Below are positions 53,248-63,536 of a DNA stretch of 64,000 nt, piece after piece; position 1 is the first letter of the stretch; each line of letters starts with the position of its first letter. The position numbers and the translations under genes were made by a program. The notes beneath the pieces are model-generated. The model did not search any database. It was not told the DNA's origin and worked only from the letters and a program-made list of their open reading frames with translations. Location: the IMG/VR virus record IMGVR_UViG_3300044712_000810, positions 1-64,000 of that record, one strand, 5' to 3'.

Positions 53248-53884
53248 AGGATTAGCAGATAGAGTATTAACAAACTGCGTTTATTTACCCGATGAAGAAG
53301 AATACGAAGACCTTTCATATTGGAGAAAAAAAGACATGTTGACTGTGATTGATGAAAATACACCGCCTGATGAGTTCGAAGTAATTGATGCCACCAAGTC
53401 CATAGTTATGGTTGTCAAATCTGATGGACATTTTATCAGGTCAAAAGAAGATGGTTCATTTGATCTTGTTGCCGATCAAAATTATTCCTTGAATGGCGCA
53501 AGAGTTGTTGGAAATTTCATAGAGTTTCCATATAAACCAAGAATTAAAATGACAATTCCAAAAGGACTTAAAATTCATTTTGATTCGCCATTTGATAATC
53601 AAACAATAAATAAAATCTATACTGATTTTGATGTACAATGTAAAGAAGAAGAGAGAAACATTGTCGCATCATACATCATGTATAATAAAATGCACTTTTA
53701 TCTGCATTTAGATAACACGCGAGTTATGACACTAAGTAAACCTTTCTCATACCCACTTGGAACTCCAATACTCAACTTCCACTTTCAGTATATTTATGTG
53801 GCCGAAGAGCTTCCAACTTATAACAAAATATACTTAGTCAAAAACGACGAAGTTTTTAACAACTTCGAAAACTATTACAAATAA
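53207..53884 (+). CDS. Hypothetical protein
   Basis: 225 aa ORF overlapping the thyX end; exact start uncertain. Confidence 0.65.
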   Translation: MVKIMFHYLLKSLKGLADRVLTNCVYLPDEEEYEDLSYWRKKDMLTVIDENTPPDEFEVIDATKSIVMVVKSDGHFIRSKEDGSFDLVADQNYSLNGARVVGNFIEFPYKPRIKMTIPKGLKIHFDSPFDNQTINKIYTDFDVQCKEEERNIVASYIMYNKMHFYLHLDNTRVMTLSKPFSYPLGTPILNFHFQYIYVAEELPTYNKIYLVKNDEVFNNFENYYK

Positions 53885-53892
53885 GGACTAAA

Positions 53893-54168
53893 ATGGCAAC
53901 ACGCGAAATAACAGTTTGTGATGTTTGCGGTAAAGAAATATTCGGTTCCGAACTTCATGTAATAAAAGTAAACATTGGCCATTCTAGTGATGGTCATCGC
54001 AACTCCGATGATTATGAACATCTGGATTTGTGTACTGAGCATTGTAATCAAATGCAATGGGATATAGATAAAATTACTAGAAAACATGCACAGGCATATA
54101 GTCATGTGAATGAACAACAAGCTGCTATTGCTTGGGTAATTATTCATAAAGATAAATACAAAAAATAA
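53893..54168 (+). CDS. Small zinc-finger-like hypothetical protein
   Basis: CDVCG...DLCTEHC; AAGGA RBS. Confidence 0.7.
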   Translation: MATREITVCDVCGKEIFGSELHVIKVNIGHSSDGHRNSDDYEHLDLCTEHCNQMQWDIDKITRKHAQAYSHVNEQQAAIAWVIIHKDKYKK

Positions 54169-54210
54169 CAACACAGGCCCTTCGGGGCCTATTTTTTATT
54201 TATACGTTTT

Positions 54211-54222
54211 TCATATAGAAAT
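54211..54222 (+). promoter_or_regulatory. TCATATAGAAAT putative promoter
   Basis: Follows the terminator AGGCCC-TTCG-GGGCCT-ATTTTTT. Confidence 0.7.
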
Positions 54223-54242
54223 AGTGTTGTTGGAGGACATTT

Positions 54243-54761
54243 ATGGCAAAACGTCAGTATGTTTTATCAGATCGATTTTTTATATCTGTTAACGTTTTTG
54301 ATAATGGGCACCAAACAACGTCAAGAATAAATGGAACTAAAATATTTCACCATGAATCATTAAGAATAAATGAATCTGGTGATGTTTTTTATAATTTTAC
54401 ACCAAAACAAATATATCAACTATATAAAAAGCACTGTGATTGTCCTTCTGGTAACCTTATTGGATGGAAATTCGCTGGAATTGGTGGAAGAATAAAAATG
54501 AAAATACTAATTCCAAATAGTGCACAAAGACTAAACGTTATGTTTACAAATGAATGCAGAGCTGATAAAATTCAAATAATAAGTATGTGGGATCAAAAAT
54601 TTAGAAAAATAACAGAATGCACAAGTTGGTTCGACAAAAAAATTAAATACAAATGTGGAAATTCATATTACTGTAATGATTTTAACAATAACCCATTAAA
54701 TCAATATTATGCAAAAGGATTTCACTTCTATTTAACATTAAGAGATCTTTTGGAGGCATAG
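54243..54761 (+). CDS. Hypothetical protein
   Basis: GGAGG RBS. Confidence 0.7.
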   Translation: MAKRQYVLSDRFFISVNVFDNGHQTTSRINGTKIFHHESLRINESGDVFYNFTPKQIYQLYKKHCDCPSGNLIGWKFAGIGGRIKMKILIPNSAQRLNVMFTNECRADKIQIISMWDQKFRKITECTSWFDKKIKYKCGNSYYCNDFNNNPLNQYYAKGFHFYLTLRDLLEA

Positions 54762-55102
54762 TGTCTTATTTAATGTTTCTCGATGATGAAAGATTTCCAA
54801 AGACAGATCGAGATTGGATACTTGCTCGATCTTTTAAAGATGCCATATATTATATGGAACGAAAAGGTTGTCCTTCTTACATTTCATTTGATAATGATCT
54901 TGGAGAAGGCAAATTTGAAGGGATTCATTTAGCACATTGGATGGTTGAAAAAGACATGAATGAGAATCAAACATTTTTTCCTCCAGATTTCGACTTCAAC
55001 GTCCATTCGGCCAACACTCAGGCCGGACCCAGAATTGAATCACTGCTTCGTCAATATTTGACGTATAGAAAACAACTGCTTCATCCGGAGGACCCAAAAT
55101 GA
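54761..55102 (+). CDS. Cyclic-phosphate-processing receiver-like domain (cREC)
   Basis: LFLDDER-like start, ISFDNDLG...EG, VHSAN pattern. Confidence 0.75.
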   Translation: MSYLMFLDDERFPKTDRDWILARSFKDAIYYMERKGCPSYISFDNDLGEGKFEGIHLAHWMVEKDMNENQTFFPPDFDFNVHSANTQAGPRIESLLRQYLTYRKQLLHPEDPK

Positions 55103-55293
55103 TCGGGGATTTTATAATTTTTATAAAAAATATGATCAAATGGTTAAAAGAAATAATTCCACAAATAATCAAACAAGACATAATGTGTCTTAATCATAAT
55201 TATATATCCGCCGAAGATTACACAGGCGATGCTGATGGTGCAAAAAAAATATGTACAAAATGTAAAAAGAAAAAATATGCTTATTATATGTAG
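55099..55293 (+). CDS. Hypothetical protein
   Basis: GGAGG RBS, ATGA overlap. Confidence 0.6.
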   Translation: MIGDFIIFIKNMIKWLKEIIPQIIKQDIMCLNHNYISAEDYTGDADGAKKICTKCKKKKYAYYM

Positions 55294-55342
55294 CTAAAAA
55301 AGCCCCTGGTATATCCAGGGGCAATTTTTATTTATAGACTTT

Positions 55343-55354
55343 TGATATAGAAAT
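55343..55354 (+). promoter_or_regulatory. TGATATAGAAAT putative promoter
   Basis: Follows the hairpin GCCCCTGG-TATAT-CCAGGGGC. Confidence 0.6.
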
Positions 55355-55375
55355 TGTATATGCAGGAGGATAAAA

Positions 55376-55678
55376 ATGAGAAGAAGACTACAACCAAAGC
55401 GTTCAAATTTCTTGTCGTATGATGACCATAAACAATTTCACAAAGAAATCGATGCACTCGAAGAGAGATTAACACGATTAATCTCTAATCAATTCGAAGC
55501 AGAGTGTCATGGGAAAGACTGTTTTAATCGTGTCATCTGGGGTATTCGTTTCTGGCCAGGAAGCAATCCTGCAATTCCATTTCCTTTCATTGAAGGCGAC
55601 TTTGAAGAGCTTAATGCTCTTTGCGACTACATTGAAGGAAAGCGATATACCGTAAAGATGGAAACACCAAAAAGCTAA
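55376..55678 (+). CDS. Hypothetical protein
   Basis: AGGAGG RBS; last + strand gene. Confidence 0.7.
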   Translation: MRRRLQPKRSNFLSYDDHKQFHKEIDALEERLTRLISNQFEAECHGKDCFNRVIWGIRFWPGSNPAIPFPFIEGDFEELNALCDYIEGKRYTVKMETPKS

Positions 55679-55709
55679 AAAGAGGGTCCCCGAAGGGACC
55701 CCTTTTTTT
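55677..55709. terminator. Bidirectional intrinsic terminator at the strand switch
   Basis: A-tract, GGGTCCC-CGAA-GGGACCC, T-tract, between convergent gene blocks. Confidence 0.85.
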
Positions 55710-56454
55710 ATTTTACAAAAGCAGCATACTTGTCGAAAGTATCAAGATACTTCATGTTATTAAACATTTGTAATACACGTTCTTTAACACGATCTTCGGC
55801 ACTTGTTAATGGAGCACCGTCGAAACTCCAAGTTACAGATAATTGTGCAACATCATTTGCTGTTACATCACTGCTAAATGTATCAATTGGTACTGACTTT
55901 GGAAATACACCTTGATAGATATAACATTCTTCAATGTCATCTAATTGCAATGGATTTCCAACTCTGGCACCCGTTGGCTTTGTCTGAATAACTGCTGCCC
56001 AACCTTTATAGCTGGTAGGAATCATTTCAGCACCTTTAAATGGACTTACTCCAACAAACTCATCGAAGAATCCAGACCAAAGACGAATGATATTAATCAA
56101 TGGTAAGTTTTGATATTCACGATGCGCTGTTGTAAACTCACGAGTAATGGTCTTTGATGTTGGGAATGTTGCACCCACACCACCTTGACCGATTACATCA
56201 GCTGTGTTAATAGTAATACCGTGAGGTTGAAAACTTTCACAGCTACTATGTAACCAAGTTACTGCCGTTGATGCTTCCTGTTTGAAAATCTTATCAGGAA
56301 CACCAAACATTACTTGGAAGTAACCACTGATGTAAGGTTGGTTTGTTCTAAAGTGACCACCAATGTCGCGAGTGAGATAATCCGGGTTTTCACGATCTTT
56401 ATAAGCATTGCCAAATCTATTAATTAATCTACTGATGATATCAGTTGTAGCCAT
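55708..56454 (-). CDS. Tail tube protein (T4 gp19-like)
   Basis: Downstream of sheath; YQGVFPKSV, VAQLSVTWSFD pattern. Confidence 0.75.
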   Translation of the reverse strand: MATTDIISRLINRFGNAYKDRENPDYLTRDIGGHFRTNQPYISGYFQVMFGVPDKIFKQEASTAVTWLHSSCESFQPHGITINTADVIGQGGVGATFPTSKTITREFTTAHREYQNLPLINIIRLWSGFFDEFVGVSPFKGAEMIPTSYKGWAAVIQTKPTGARVGNPLQLDDIEECYIYQGVFPKSVPIDTFSSDVTANDVAQLSVTWSFDGAPLTSAEDRVKERVLQMFNNMKYLDTFDKYAAFVK

Positions 56455-56472
56455 TTTCTATATCCCCCTCGA

Positions 56473-58473
56473 TTAGTGGACGATGATAAATACGTTAATG
56501 CGTTCGATGGCTCTGATTGGTGTAATGTCAATGTATACGTTTAATTCAGAACGAACATCATCGAACTTAACGTTTGTTGTAAATGATTTAAGTACAGAAT
56601 ATCTTTCAAGAGCAGGGTTTTCAAGGAATGCTGCAAGGAAGTTATCAACACGGAATTTAGCTTGATTGATCCAGTATTGTGTTGCCTTTCTTTGTAAGAT
56701 ATCTTTAAGTAATGTTGGAATTACTTTACGAATATAAGCAACGAATTTAGCAACGTGAGCACGTTTCAGAATAGACAGACGTTTCCATGTTGTAAGTTGT
56801 GTAAGGAAGTATTTACCTTGTGGTTCAACGATTGTGAAGTTAAGTTCACGATCTTGTAAATCACCACGTTCTGTATGGTTCGCACGATATGCGAGTTCAA
56901 TTGGCTCTTGAATTGCACCTTTTTCGATACCTGCAACTGGTTCAGCAATAAAGTATGCGCCGTCACAATATAAGTGTCTTTCAATAGCATGATAGATAGG
57001 AGTCATGTAAATGTATTCACCAGTGTAAATATCGAAAATCTTTCTATATTGAACATATAACATAGATGTCCAAACGTTCCAATCGTACTCATTTAAACGA
57101 GCATCAAGGTCTTGTTTGTATTTCTTGTGCATTGGATAAATGTCACCAAGATGAATACAATCTTGACGATAGTCAGCTAATGCTCTAGCTGAATTTTGTA
57201 CTGCTGGTGGGAAACCACCGGATACAATATAGTCTGGTTCATACCATGGGTATACGGCTTCACCAAGCTGTTCGATAGAACCGTCAATACTTGTACCATC
57301 AGAATATGGACCAACACCTTGATATGCTTGTGCAACAAGTTTAAATACAGTATCACTTGGAGCATATGTACCAGAACCTGACATATAAAGTCCAGTACCA
57401 TCGGTACCATTTTCAAGTTGTACTCCACCTTTAGCAACGTTGTTTGTTCCTAATGGAGAAACTGTACTAAGGGCAAGCATAACTTGTAAACGACGATCTT
57501 CGGCATCTGTACTTGTAATAAGTTCATCAGCCGCAGCAGCGGACTTACAACGCATAAGTTCTGATTCTTCATTAATAACATCTTCGATATAAAGAATACG
57601 TCCAGAACTAATGTCACGAATGACTTCGTTCTTTGGTGTTCTACGAATTAATGATACTTCCCATGGACCTTCAACTAATGATTCAGTTCCATCATCATTG
57701 ATTTGGGAAACCCAAATATCCATGAAACAGTACTTATAAAGGACTTCACCTTTGTCATCTGTAAACATTCTTTCAAGTTGAGTGTTACGAACACCCTTAA
57801 CTTTAAGTCTGTTATAATATGCACCAGCACCATTTGCATAGAAATAGTAAACAACGTTTTGTTCAATTTCTGGCAAATCTTGATCTGGTTGATCGATATG
57901 TAATCCCCATGGTAATGCTTGATAAGGAACTACTTTGTTAATTGGTGAAGTTGTTGATGGATTAGTATATTTACGATCAAGAGTAAGTATATAACCTGAA
58001 GTATCATCCTTTGAAACTACTTGGACTGCTTCTGCCATACTTACAGTTGGTGGGTAAATCCAATCACCAATGTCAACTGCACTATAACCGTTAAAAGTTT
58101 GACAATTCACGGTGTTACTATTTTGTGTGAAAATGAAATCTTCTGTAACTGTTTGGAAGTTTGTATTCTTTTGAATTGCGGTATTAGCTAAATAAGAGTC
58201 TTCTGGAGTAATACGAATAGCAAGAACTTTTCCAGTATATTCTAACGCTTTGTCCAAACAATAATGTGAAGGACTTGTACGTCTATAGTTTGGTTTACCA
58301 AACAGTTTTTGGAATTGTGCTCTTGAATTTACTTGAACGACTCTATTATGTGGACCTCTATCGCAAAGAATAACACCAAAAACAGTACGACCGATTTCTA
58401 AAGTAGGAGCAACATAAGAAGCATCTTCAATAGTAACATATACTGCCGGTTCTCTTCTATCTGTTACTGGCAT
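56473..58473 (-). CDS. Contractile tail sheath protein
   Basis: EPAVYVTIED N-terminus, FQKLFGKP, APVAGIEKG-like segment, ELNFTIVE, IDITPIRAIERINVFI C-terminus. Confidence 0.85.
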   Translation of the reverse strand: MPVTDRREPAVYVTIEDASYVAPTLEIGRTVFGVILCDRGPHNRVVQVNSRAQFQKLFGKPNYRRTSPSHYCLDKALEYTGKVLAIRITPEDSYLANTAIQKNTNFQTVTEDFIFTQNSNTVNCQTFNGYSAVDIGDWIYPPTVSMAEAVQVVSKDDTSGYILTLDRKYTNPSTTSPINKVVPYQALPWGLHIDQPDQDLPEIEQNVVYYFYANGAGAYYNRLKVKGVRNTQLERMFTDDKGEVLYKYCFMDIWVSQINDDGTESLVEGPWEVSLIRRTPKNEVIRDISSGRILYIEDVINEESELMRCKSAAAADELITSTDAEDRRLQVMLALSTVSPLGTNNVAKGGVQLENGTDGTGLYMSGSGTYAPSDTVFKLVAQAYQGVGPYSDGTSIDGSIEQLGEAVYPWYEPDYIVSGGFPPAVQNSARALADYRQDCIHLGDIYPMHKKYKQDLDARLNEYDWNVWTSMLYVQYRKIFDIYTGEYIYMTPIYHAIERHLYCDGAYFIAEPVAGIEKGAIQEPIELAYRANHTERGDLQDRELNFTIVEPQGKYFLTQLTTWKRLSILKRAHVAKFVAYIRKVIPTLLKDILQRKATQYWINQAKFRVDNFLAAFLENPALERYSVLKSFTTNVKFDDVRSELNVYIDITPIRAIERINVFIIVH

Positions 58474-58500
58474 ATTTTATCTCCTATCATTGTAAATAAT

Positions 58501-58983
58501 TTATACGTAATAATTATCATCACTATCAATGTTTGTTGGGCTTGTATTACCATTATTTAGCTGATACCATTCTATTAAACGATTACGCTTTATTTCTGCT
58601 TCTTCATATGTATCTGAATAATTTGAAAAGAATATCGATGTGGTTCCCATCATTACTTGAAATCCATAAAATCTTCCGGATTCTACTATTGGAAATATCA
58701 TCGAAATCAATGGAATTGACATATGACCTTCAAACATTTCAAAAAGTGGATGTGGAACATTTAAAGCAGCACCTAATCGTTGTAGTAATTCAGCTCTTTT
58801 TTGTTCTACAAGTGTTAGATTTTCATCCGAATACATAAAAACAGTGCCGTTTGCAACAGTTATAAAAAATCTGTATTCGGCACCATTTTCTTCAATAACA
58901 CCAACACATGTGATTTGATTTAAACATAAAAGTCCTTCATGTACAGTATCGATAAATAATGAAGGATCAATTGTTAGTGGCAT
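58501..58983 (-). CDS. Hypothetical protein
   Basis: 160 aa in the structural block. Confidence 0.7.
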   Translation of the reverse strand: MPLTIDPSLFIDTVHEGLLCLNQITCVGVIEENGAEYRFFITVANGTVFMYSDENLTLVEQKRAELLQRLGAALNVPHPLFEMFEGHMSIPLISMIFPIVESGRFYGFQVMMGTTSIFFSNYSDTYEEAEIKRNRLIEWYQLNNGNTSPTNIDSDDNYYV

Positions 58984-58984
58984 A

Positions 58985-60619
58985 TTACACCACCTTTGTA
59001 TAATCTTTGAAGTAATTAGATGTTAAGAGTTCTTCAAGTCCAAGGACTTTTAAACATCCAGTTGCTTCTGGTCTAAATAATTCCATTGTTTTTCTGGATC
59101 TAAAATTAATTCGTCTTACTGAATCTGTTACTTCTTCCAGTGTGTATAATGGTTTATAAATAATATTTGCTAATACTGAATTTTCAAGTTTTTCATCATC
59201 TGGTTTATAAATGACATAAATCTTATCATCATGAATAGCAGGACAAGTTAAAATCATTTGTTTTAAGAAAACGTTAACTTGAATATTCATAGCATGTAAA
59301 TTATCAAAACCTGCAATACCTTCACGGAAAGTTGGTAAACTTGTAGCGTATTCTTGTAAGTTTTCAAGTAAACATGCAGTTCTAATACCTGTCAGAAGAT
59401 ATTGTGGGACTGCACGATAATTTAAATAAATATAACGGTTTATAACTGATATACGTGGTACTATTGATTGATAGATCGCAGAAACGAATCCAGATGATAC
59501 AATACTCATTTCGTCACGGAATAATTGTAAATTAATTGTTTCATATGTATTGTATTCTTTCATCTTCTTTTCATTATTAGAAAGAAGATATGCAATGTCA
59601 TGATCTTTATTTAACAGAATTTGATTCTTAATACCTTCACTGATCATTTGAACCAGTTTAATATTATAAATAGAATTGAAATCTTGAAGGATTTCTGCTG
59701 TTAATTCAAAATCAAAATCGTCTCTTGGATCGATATCAATATCCCAACCAGATTGTTCAACCGATACTCTTACACGTCCAACTTCACCACTTTTCGGTCT
59801 AAACACAACACTGATTTTTAAAGATTCAACTTTATAATCTTTAGTAGGATCGCCATCGGTTATCACGCCTGAATATTGGAAGAAACCACTATCCAAATCA
59901 AGAAAACCGTTTAATTTCAAAGCGGGTTCATAATTGCCGTCTGTCCAAGTCTCTTCAATTAATATCTGTCTTCTCGCGTCAGGTTTAATTGCAACTGGAA
60001 TTTTAACAGTTGTTATATTACTACTAGAATCTGTTACTTTAATAGTTACTTCTTCAGCAATAAAATATCGTCTATTAATAGTTGCAAGTTTATCATTAAT
60101 ATGTTCCGGATAACTTACACTCTTACTAAAGACATTTTCTGCTTTGTTTGGAAGTAATATAAAATACTCAGGCTTTGTACGGATAAGGGCGCGAGGTCTA
60201 GGAATTGGAAGGACTTCCTTAGTACCATCAGTATTATTAATATGTGCTTTTAATCCAATTTTTGGAACAGTTAGAATTGGAGTATCAACAAAATAATTAG
60301 TAATAGCTTTACTAAGGATATCACTTGTATAAATATCAGTTAAAATTGGAAATGAAATAATAGCATAACCAATAGCATTACCAGTCTGACTGATATTTGC
60401 ACTTTCTTCAAGAATTGAAGCTCGTTGACGTTTAAATATATCTTCGAGTAATGTTAATGTTTCTTTATCATCAATTCCTTCTAATAAATATGATTTATAT
60501 TTATTAAAAAGTTCTGTATCGAAGATAACAGGCTCGGCGGCTTTCGGACCACTTTTCATTGGCGCATGATCATTAATAAAACGAGAGTAGTTTGCAAAAA
60601 TTCTATCTTGTAATCTCAT
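58985..60619 (-). CDS. Capsid-like (T4 gp23/gp24-type HK97 fold) protein
   Basis: LEGID...RQRASILEES...FPILT..Y...I and DIDPRDDFDFELTAEILQDFNSIYN resemble T4-type capsid segments. Confidence 0.55.
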   Translation of the reverse strand: MRLQDRIFANYSRFINDHAPMKSGPKAAEPVIFDTELFNKYKSYLLEGIDDKETLTLLEDIFKRQRASILEESANISQTGNAIGYAIISFPILTDIYTSDILSKAITNYFVDTPILTVPKIGLKAHINNTDGTKEVLPIPRPRALIRTKPEYFILLPNKAENVFSKSVSYPEHINDKLATINRRYFIAEEVTIKVTDSSSNITTVKIPVAIKPDARRQILIEETWTDGNYEPALKLNGFLDLDSGFFQYSGVITDGDPTKDYKVESLKISVVFRPKSGEVGRVRVSVEQSGWDIDIDPRDDFDFELTAEILQDFNSIYNIKLVQMISEGIKNQILLNKDHDIAYLLSNNEKKMKEYNTYETINLQLFRDEMSIVSSGFVSAIYQSIVPRISVINRYIYLNYRAVPQYLLTGIRTACLLENLQEYATSLPTFREGIAGFDNLHAMNIQVNVFLKQMILTCPAIHDDKIYVIYKPDDEKLENSVLANIIYKPLYTLEEVTDSVRRINFRSRKTMELFRPEATGCLKVLGLEELLTSNYFKDYTKVV

Positions 60620-60634
60620 AGTCCGACCCTATAT

Positions 60635-60985
60635 TTAAAGGATTTTTTCACCAAATACTTTATTAAAACTTTGTATCGATTCTTTTCTTTGTTTTATTTG
60701 TTCACCGGTTGATGGGACATCTTTTTGTTGCGGTCTTCCAACTGCGCCAGCAATACCACCAACACTTTGTGAAGTTTTATCAAGAGCAGCAGCCATACCA
60801 GCAGGCATAGCTTTAGATCTTGCAATATGCTTCATTGTTGATGTTGTTGCTTTATCCATACTGTCTTCATCTGCATTCTTTATAATATTCAAAACTTTAG
60901 AATCACTTTTAATTTCATTAAACTCTGTTAGAACATTAAGTATACTAATCATTACACTCTCCTTAACAGAGAATGTACCAAACAA
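60635..60985 (-). CDS. Hypothetical protein
   Basis: 116 aa in the structural block. Confidence 0.65.
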   Translation of the reverse strand: MFGTFSVKESVMISILNVLTEFNEIKSDSKVLNIIKNADEDSMDKATTSTMKHIARSKAMPAGMAAALDKTSQSVGGIAGAVGRPQQKDVPSTGEQIKQRKESIQSFNKVFGEKIL

Positions 60986-61664
60986 TAATTAGCTCACTCT
61001 CTTTCTCTTTAAACTTAGGAGAAAAACAAATGTGTGAAAACATTTGTACGTTCTGACCACTAGTAAAATATAAACCAGCTTCAGAAATTTGTACACTTGC
61101 ACCACTTTGCAAACCTGACGGTTCACCTTGTGGAACCACACATTGGCATTTAACTTTTGTATATGCAGTACAATCAGGTGTTGGATCACCTTCAGGATAT
61201 TGTACTGACTCTAATGTAATTGATCCATCAATTGTAATCGGTTTAACGGCATCAACATATCTATAAAGACTTGTTTCGCCTGAATCATAACCAGATGTAT
61301 CATTTAAATATGCATTGTTACCAAGTGTGATTGGTCTATACATACCAGCATCACAAATGGCAGGACCTTGTAATGTGAATAAATCACCATCAGCAACAGC
61401 GCCACCTCCACCAACACCGAAGTGCGATATAGTATATCCTCTCCAGTCTGGTCTTACACCTGATGAAAATGTATTAACATTGAATATTTTTTGTGCGACG
61501 AATTCACGACCTTTTGCTACAACAAGGTTGAACTTTTCTTCAACTAATTGGCGGTTCATATAAAGTTGAACAAATCCAACCGGACCATAATTCAATTTAC
61601 GTTTCGCTGTTTCTTGTTGTAATTTATCCCAAATCTTATATTCATCATTCATTTCAATTAACAC
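60963..61664 (-). CDS. Putative tail/baseplate structural protein
   Basis: NLVVAKGREFVAQ, ISEAGLY, MFSHICF, ELIIVWYI pattern seen in myovirus tail-associated proteins. Confidence 0.55.
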   Translation of the reverse strand: MLIEMNDEYKIWDKLQQETAKRKLNYGPVGFVQLYMNRQLVEEKFNLVVAKGREFVAQKIFNVNTFSSGVRPDWRGYTISHFGVGGGGAVADGDLFTLQGPAICDAGMYRPITLGNNAYLNDTSGYDSGETSLYRYVDAVKPITIDGSITLESVQYPEGDPTPDCTAYTKVKCQCVVPQGEPSGLQSGASVQISEAGLYFTSGQNVQMFSHICFSPKFKEKESELIIVWYILC

Positions 61665-61679
61665 GCTGAACCTCCATTT

Positions 61680-63536
61680 CTATGGATAAAGTACTTCATA
61701 AGTTTCACCTAATGAATAAGTATCGCCATATTTACTAGCTTTTATTTGAGAGTTAGTTGGTACGGGAGCTCCAAATGAAGAACTAGAAAACACGGGTCTA
61801 GATACCATTTCAATACTATCAAATTTGTCTAATTTTGGTTTATATTCATAATTATCAGAAACAGATTTAAGACTTGCAAATACTCGACGTATATTTGTTG
61901 CAAGTTCATCTTTTATTTTACTACTATCTTTATTATTAAATGACTTTTGATATGTTGAAAATATACTTAATAATGTAGCATCGGATTCTTTATCAAGATA
62001 CAGTTTAAATCTATCAATATCAGATAAATTAATAACTGAACCCCAACTTGTTCTCATAAAGATTTTATGAGTATCTCTACCGACTAATCCTAATGCTAAT
62101 TGATCCGAAATAATATGTTTAATTATACAACGTACATATGATAATAATTGCGCATTATCAGAATATTTGGAAGTCATTTTAAATAAATAATCTATACCCA
62201 TATCAACAAAATCAAATCTGAATAATGTAAAGATGAAACTGTAAGGATCATCAATCATTACGTCATTAAATTTATCGTCAACAATTATGGATGATGTTGA
62301 CTTTGTTACAAGTTCGACGTGATATGGTTTTAAATTATAAATGATTTTATAAGTAACTGTATCTTCCACATGTAATGTTAATTTAGGTAAGAAATCCATA
62401 AAATAAGAAAAATACTTTTTAAAGTGAATATCAGTTGTTGTATGTTCATACAACATTAATGAATTATAAATATCATTCATTATTTGTCTGTAGTCTTCTT
62501 TTACATTTGAACTGTTTCCAATACGTTGTTGTAAATAATAAAAGAATACAGGGTCAATTATTTCAATAATATCAAGCATATTATCCGGAGTATAATCTTT
62601 ATCAGTTGAATAAAACTGATTGAAAAATATAGATATCTTTTCATTAAAGAACTTATCAAGTGCTGTTCTTGTTTTGATTTCATTGTATTCACTAATAAGT
62701 CCATCTAAATCTGATACAGAATATGGATTATTATAATCTATCCAACTTAATATACGTTTAAGATCAAAATGTTCCCAACTAATATTATGATAAACAGATG
62801 CCAAATAAACCCATATGTAAACTATATTTCCCAGTGTCATCGAAAAGTTTTGACCATCGCTGAAATACATAGTGAAAAGATTATCTCTATATTCTTTAAT
62901 AAATGTGCATGTTATTAAATCACGCATTAAAGATACTTTGGTTGTAATATTATAATCAAGTAATAACATGTTAGTCTTACTTGGTAATATAATATTTTCA
63001 GAGTCTTTTAATTCGGACAAATGTTCCGGACTAATAAGTAATGTAGGAACTTGATTGTAAATTTGAAGATAATCAAGTGGAGTATCTTTTATATCTACTT
63101 GATCATTCTTATAAATTAAAACAGGTTTTAAAACCCATTTCGATTGATTATTATCCCAGTCCGCATATAATTCATAAATGTTCATTTGATCATCAAACGA
63201 GTTACCGACTTTATCAAGGAATTGAATAGTTCCTTTATAACGCATAAAATCAGATAACGCTTTTAGAAAAATAACTTTTGAATTGTATGTAAACTCATCT
63301 GCTAATTCTTGTGGTACACCAACCGCGACTAATAACTGATCGTAAATGTTTTCAAGTATATCACTATTTTCATATAGTGTCTTTAATTCAATAGGATCAA
63401 TATTATATGCATTATTAAAATATGTATTTTCTAAAGTTGTAAGTATGGCTTGATATAAATTTTCATCTTTAAAAGGTGTATACGTTTTCAAATAATCATT
63501 AAAATACGTTTTAAGTTGATCAATTGTGATCGCCAT
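61680..63536 (-). CDS. Putative baseplate wedge-like structural protein
   Basis: 618 aa; FMRYKGTIQFL and NLKPYHV segments typical of baseplate wedge proteins; structural context. Confidence 0.5.
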   Translation of the reverse strand: MAITIDQLKTYFNDYLKTYTPFKDENLYQAILTTLENTYFNNAYNIDPIELKTLYENSDILENIYDQLLVAVGVPQELADEFTYNSKVIFLKALSDFMRYKGTIQFLDKVGNSFDDQMNIYELYADWDNNQSKWVLKPVLIYKNDQVDIKDTPLDYLQIYNQVPTLLISPEHLSELKDSENIILPSKTNMLLLDYNITTKVSLMRDLITCTFIKEYRDNLFTMYFSDGQNFSMTLGNIVYIWVYLASVYHNISWEHFDLKRILSWIDYNNPYSVSDLDGLISEYNEIKTRTALDKFFNEKISIFFNQFYSTDKDYTPDNMLDIIEIIDPVFFYYLQQRIGNSSNVKEDYRQIMNDIYNSLMLYEHTTTDIHFKKYFSYFMDFLPKLTLHVEDTVTYKIIYNLKPYHVELVTKSTSSIIVDDKFNDVMIDDPYSFIFTLFRFDFVDMGIDYLFKMTSKYSDNAQLLSYVRCIIKHIISDQLALGLVGRDTHKIFMRTSWGSVINLSDIDRFKLYLDKESDATLLSIFSTYQKSFNNKDSSKIKDELATNIRRVFASLKSVSDNYEYKPKLDKFDSIEMVSRPVFSSSSFGAPVPTNSQIKASKYGDTYSLGETYEVLYP

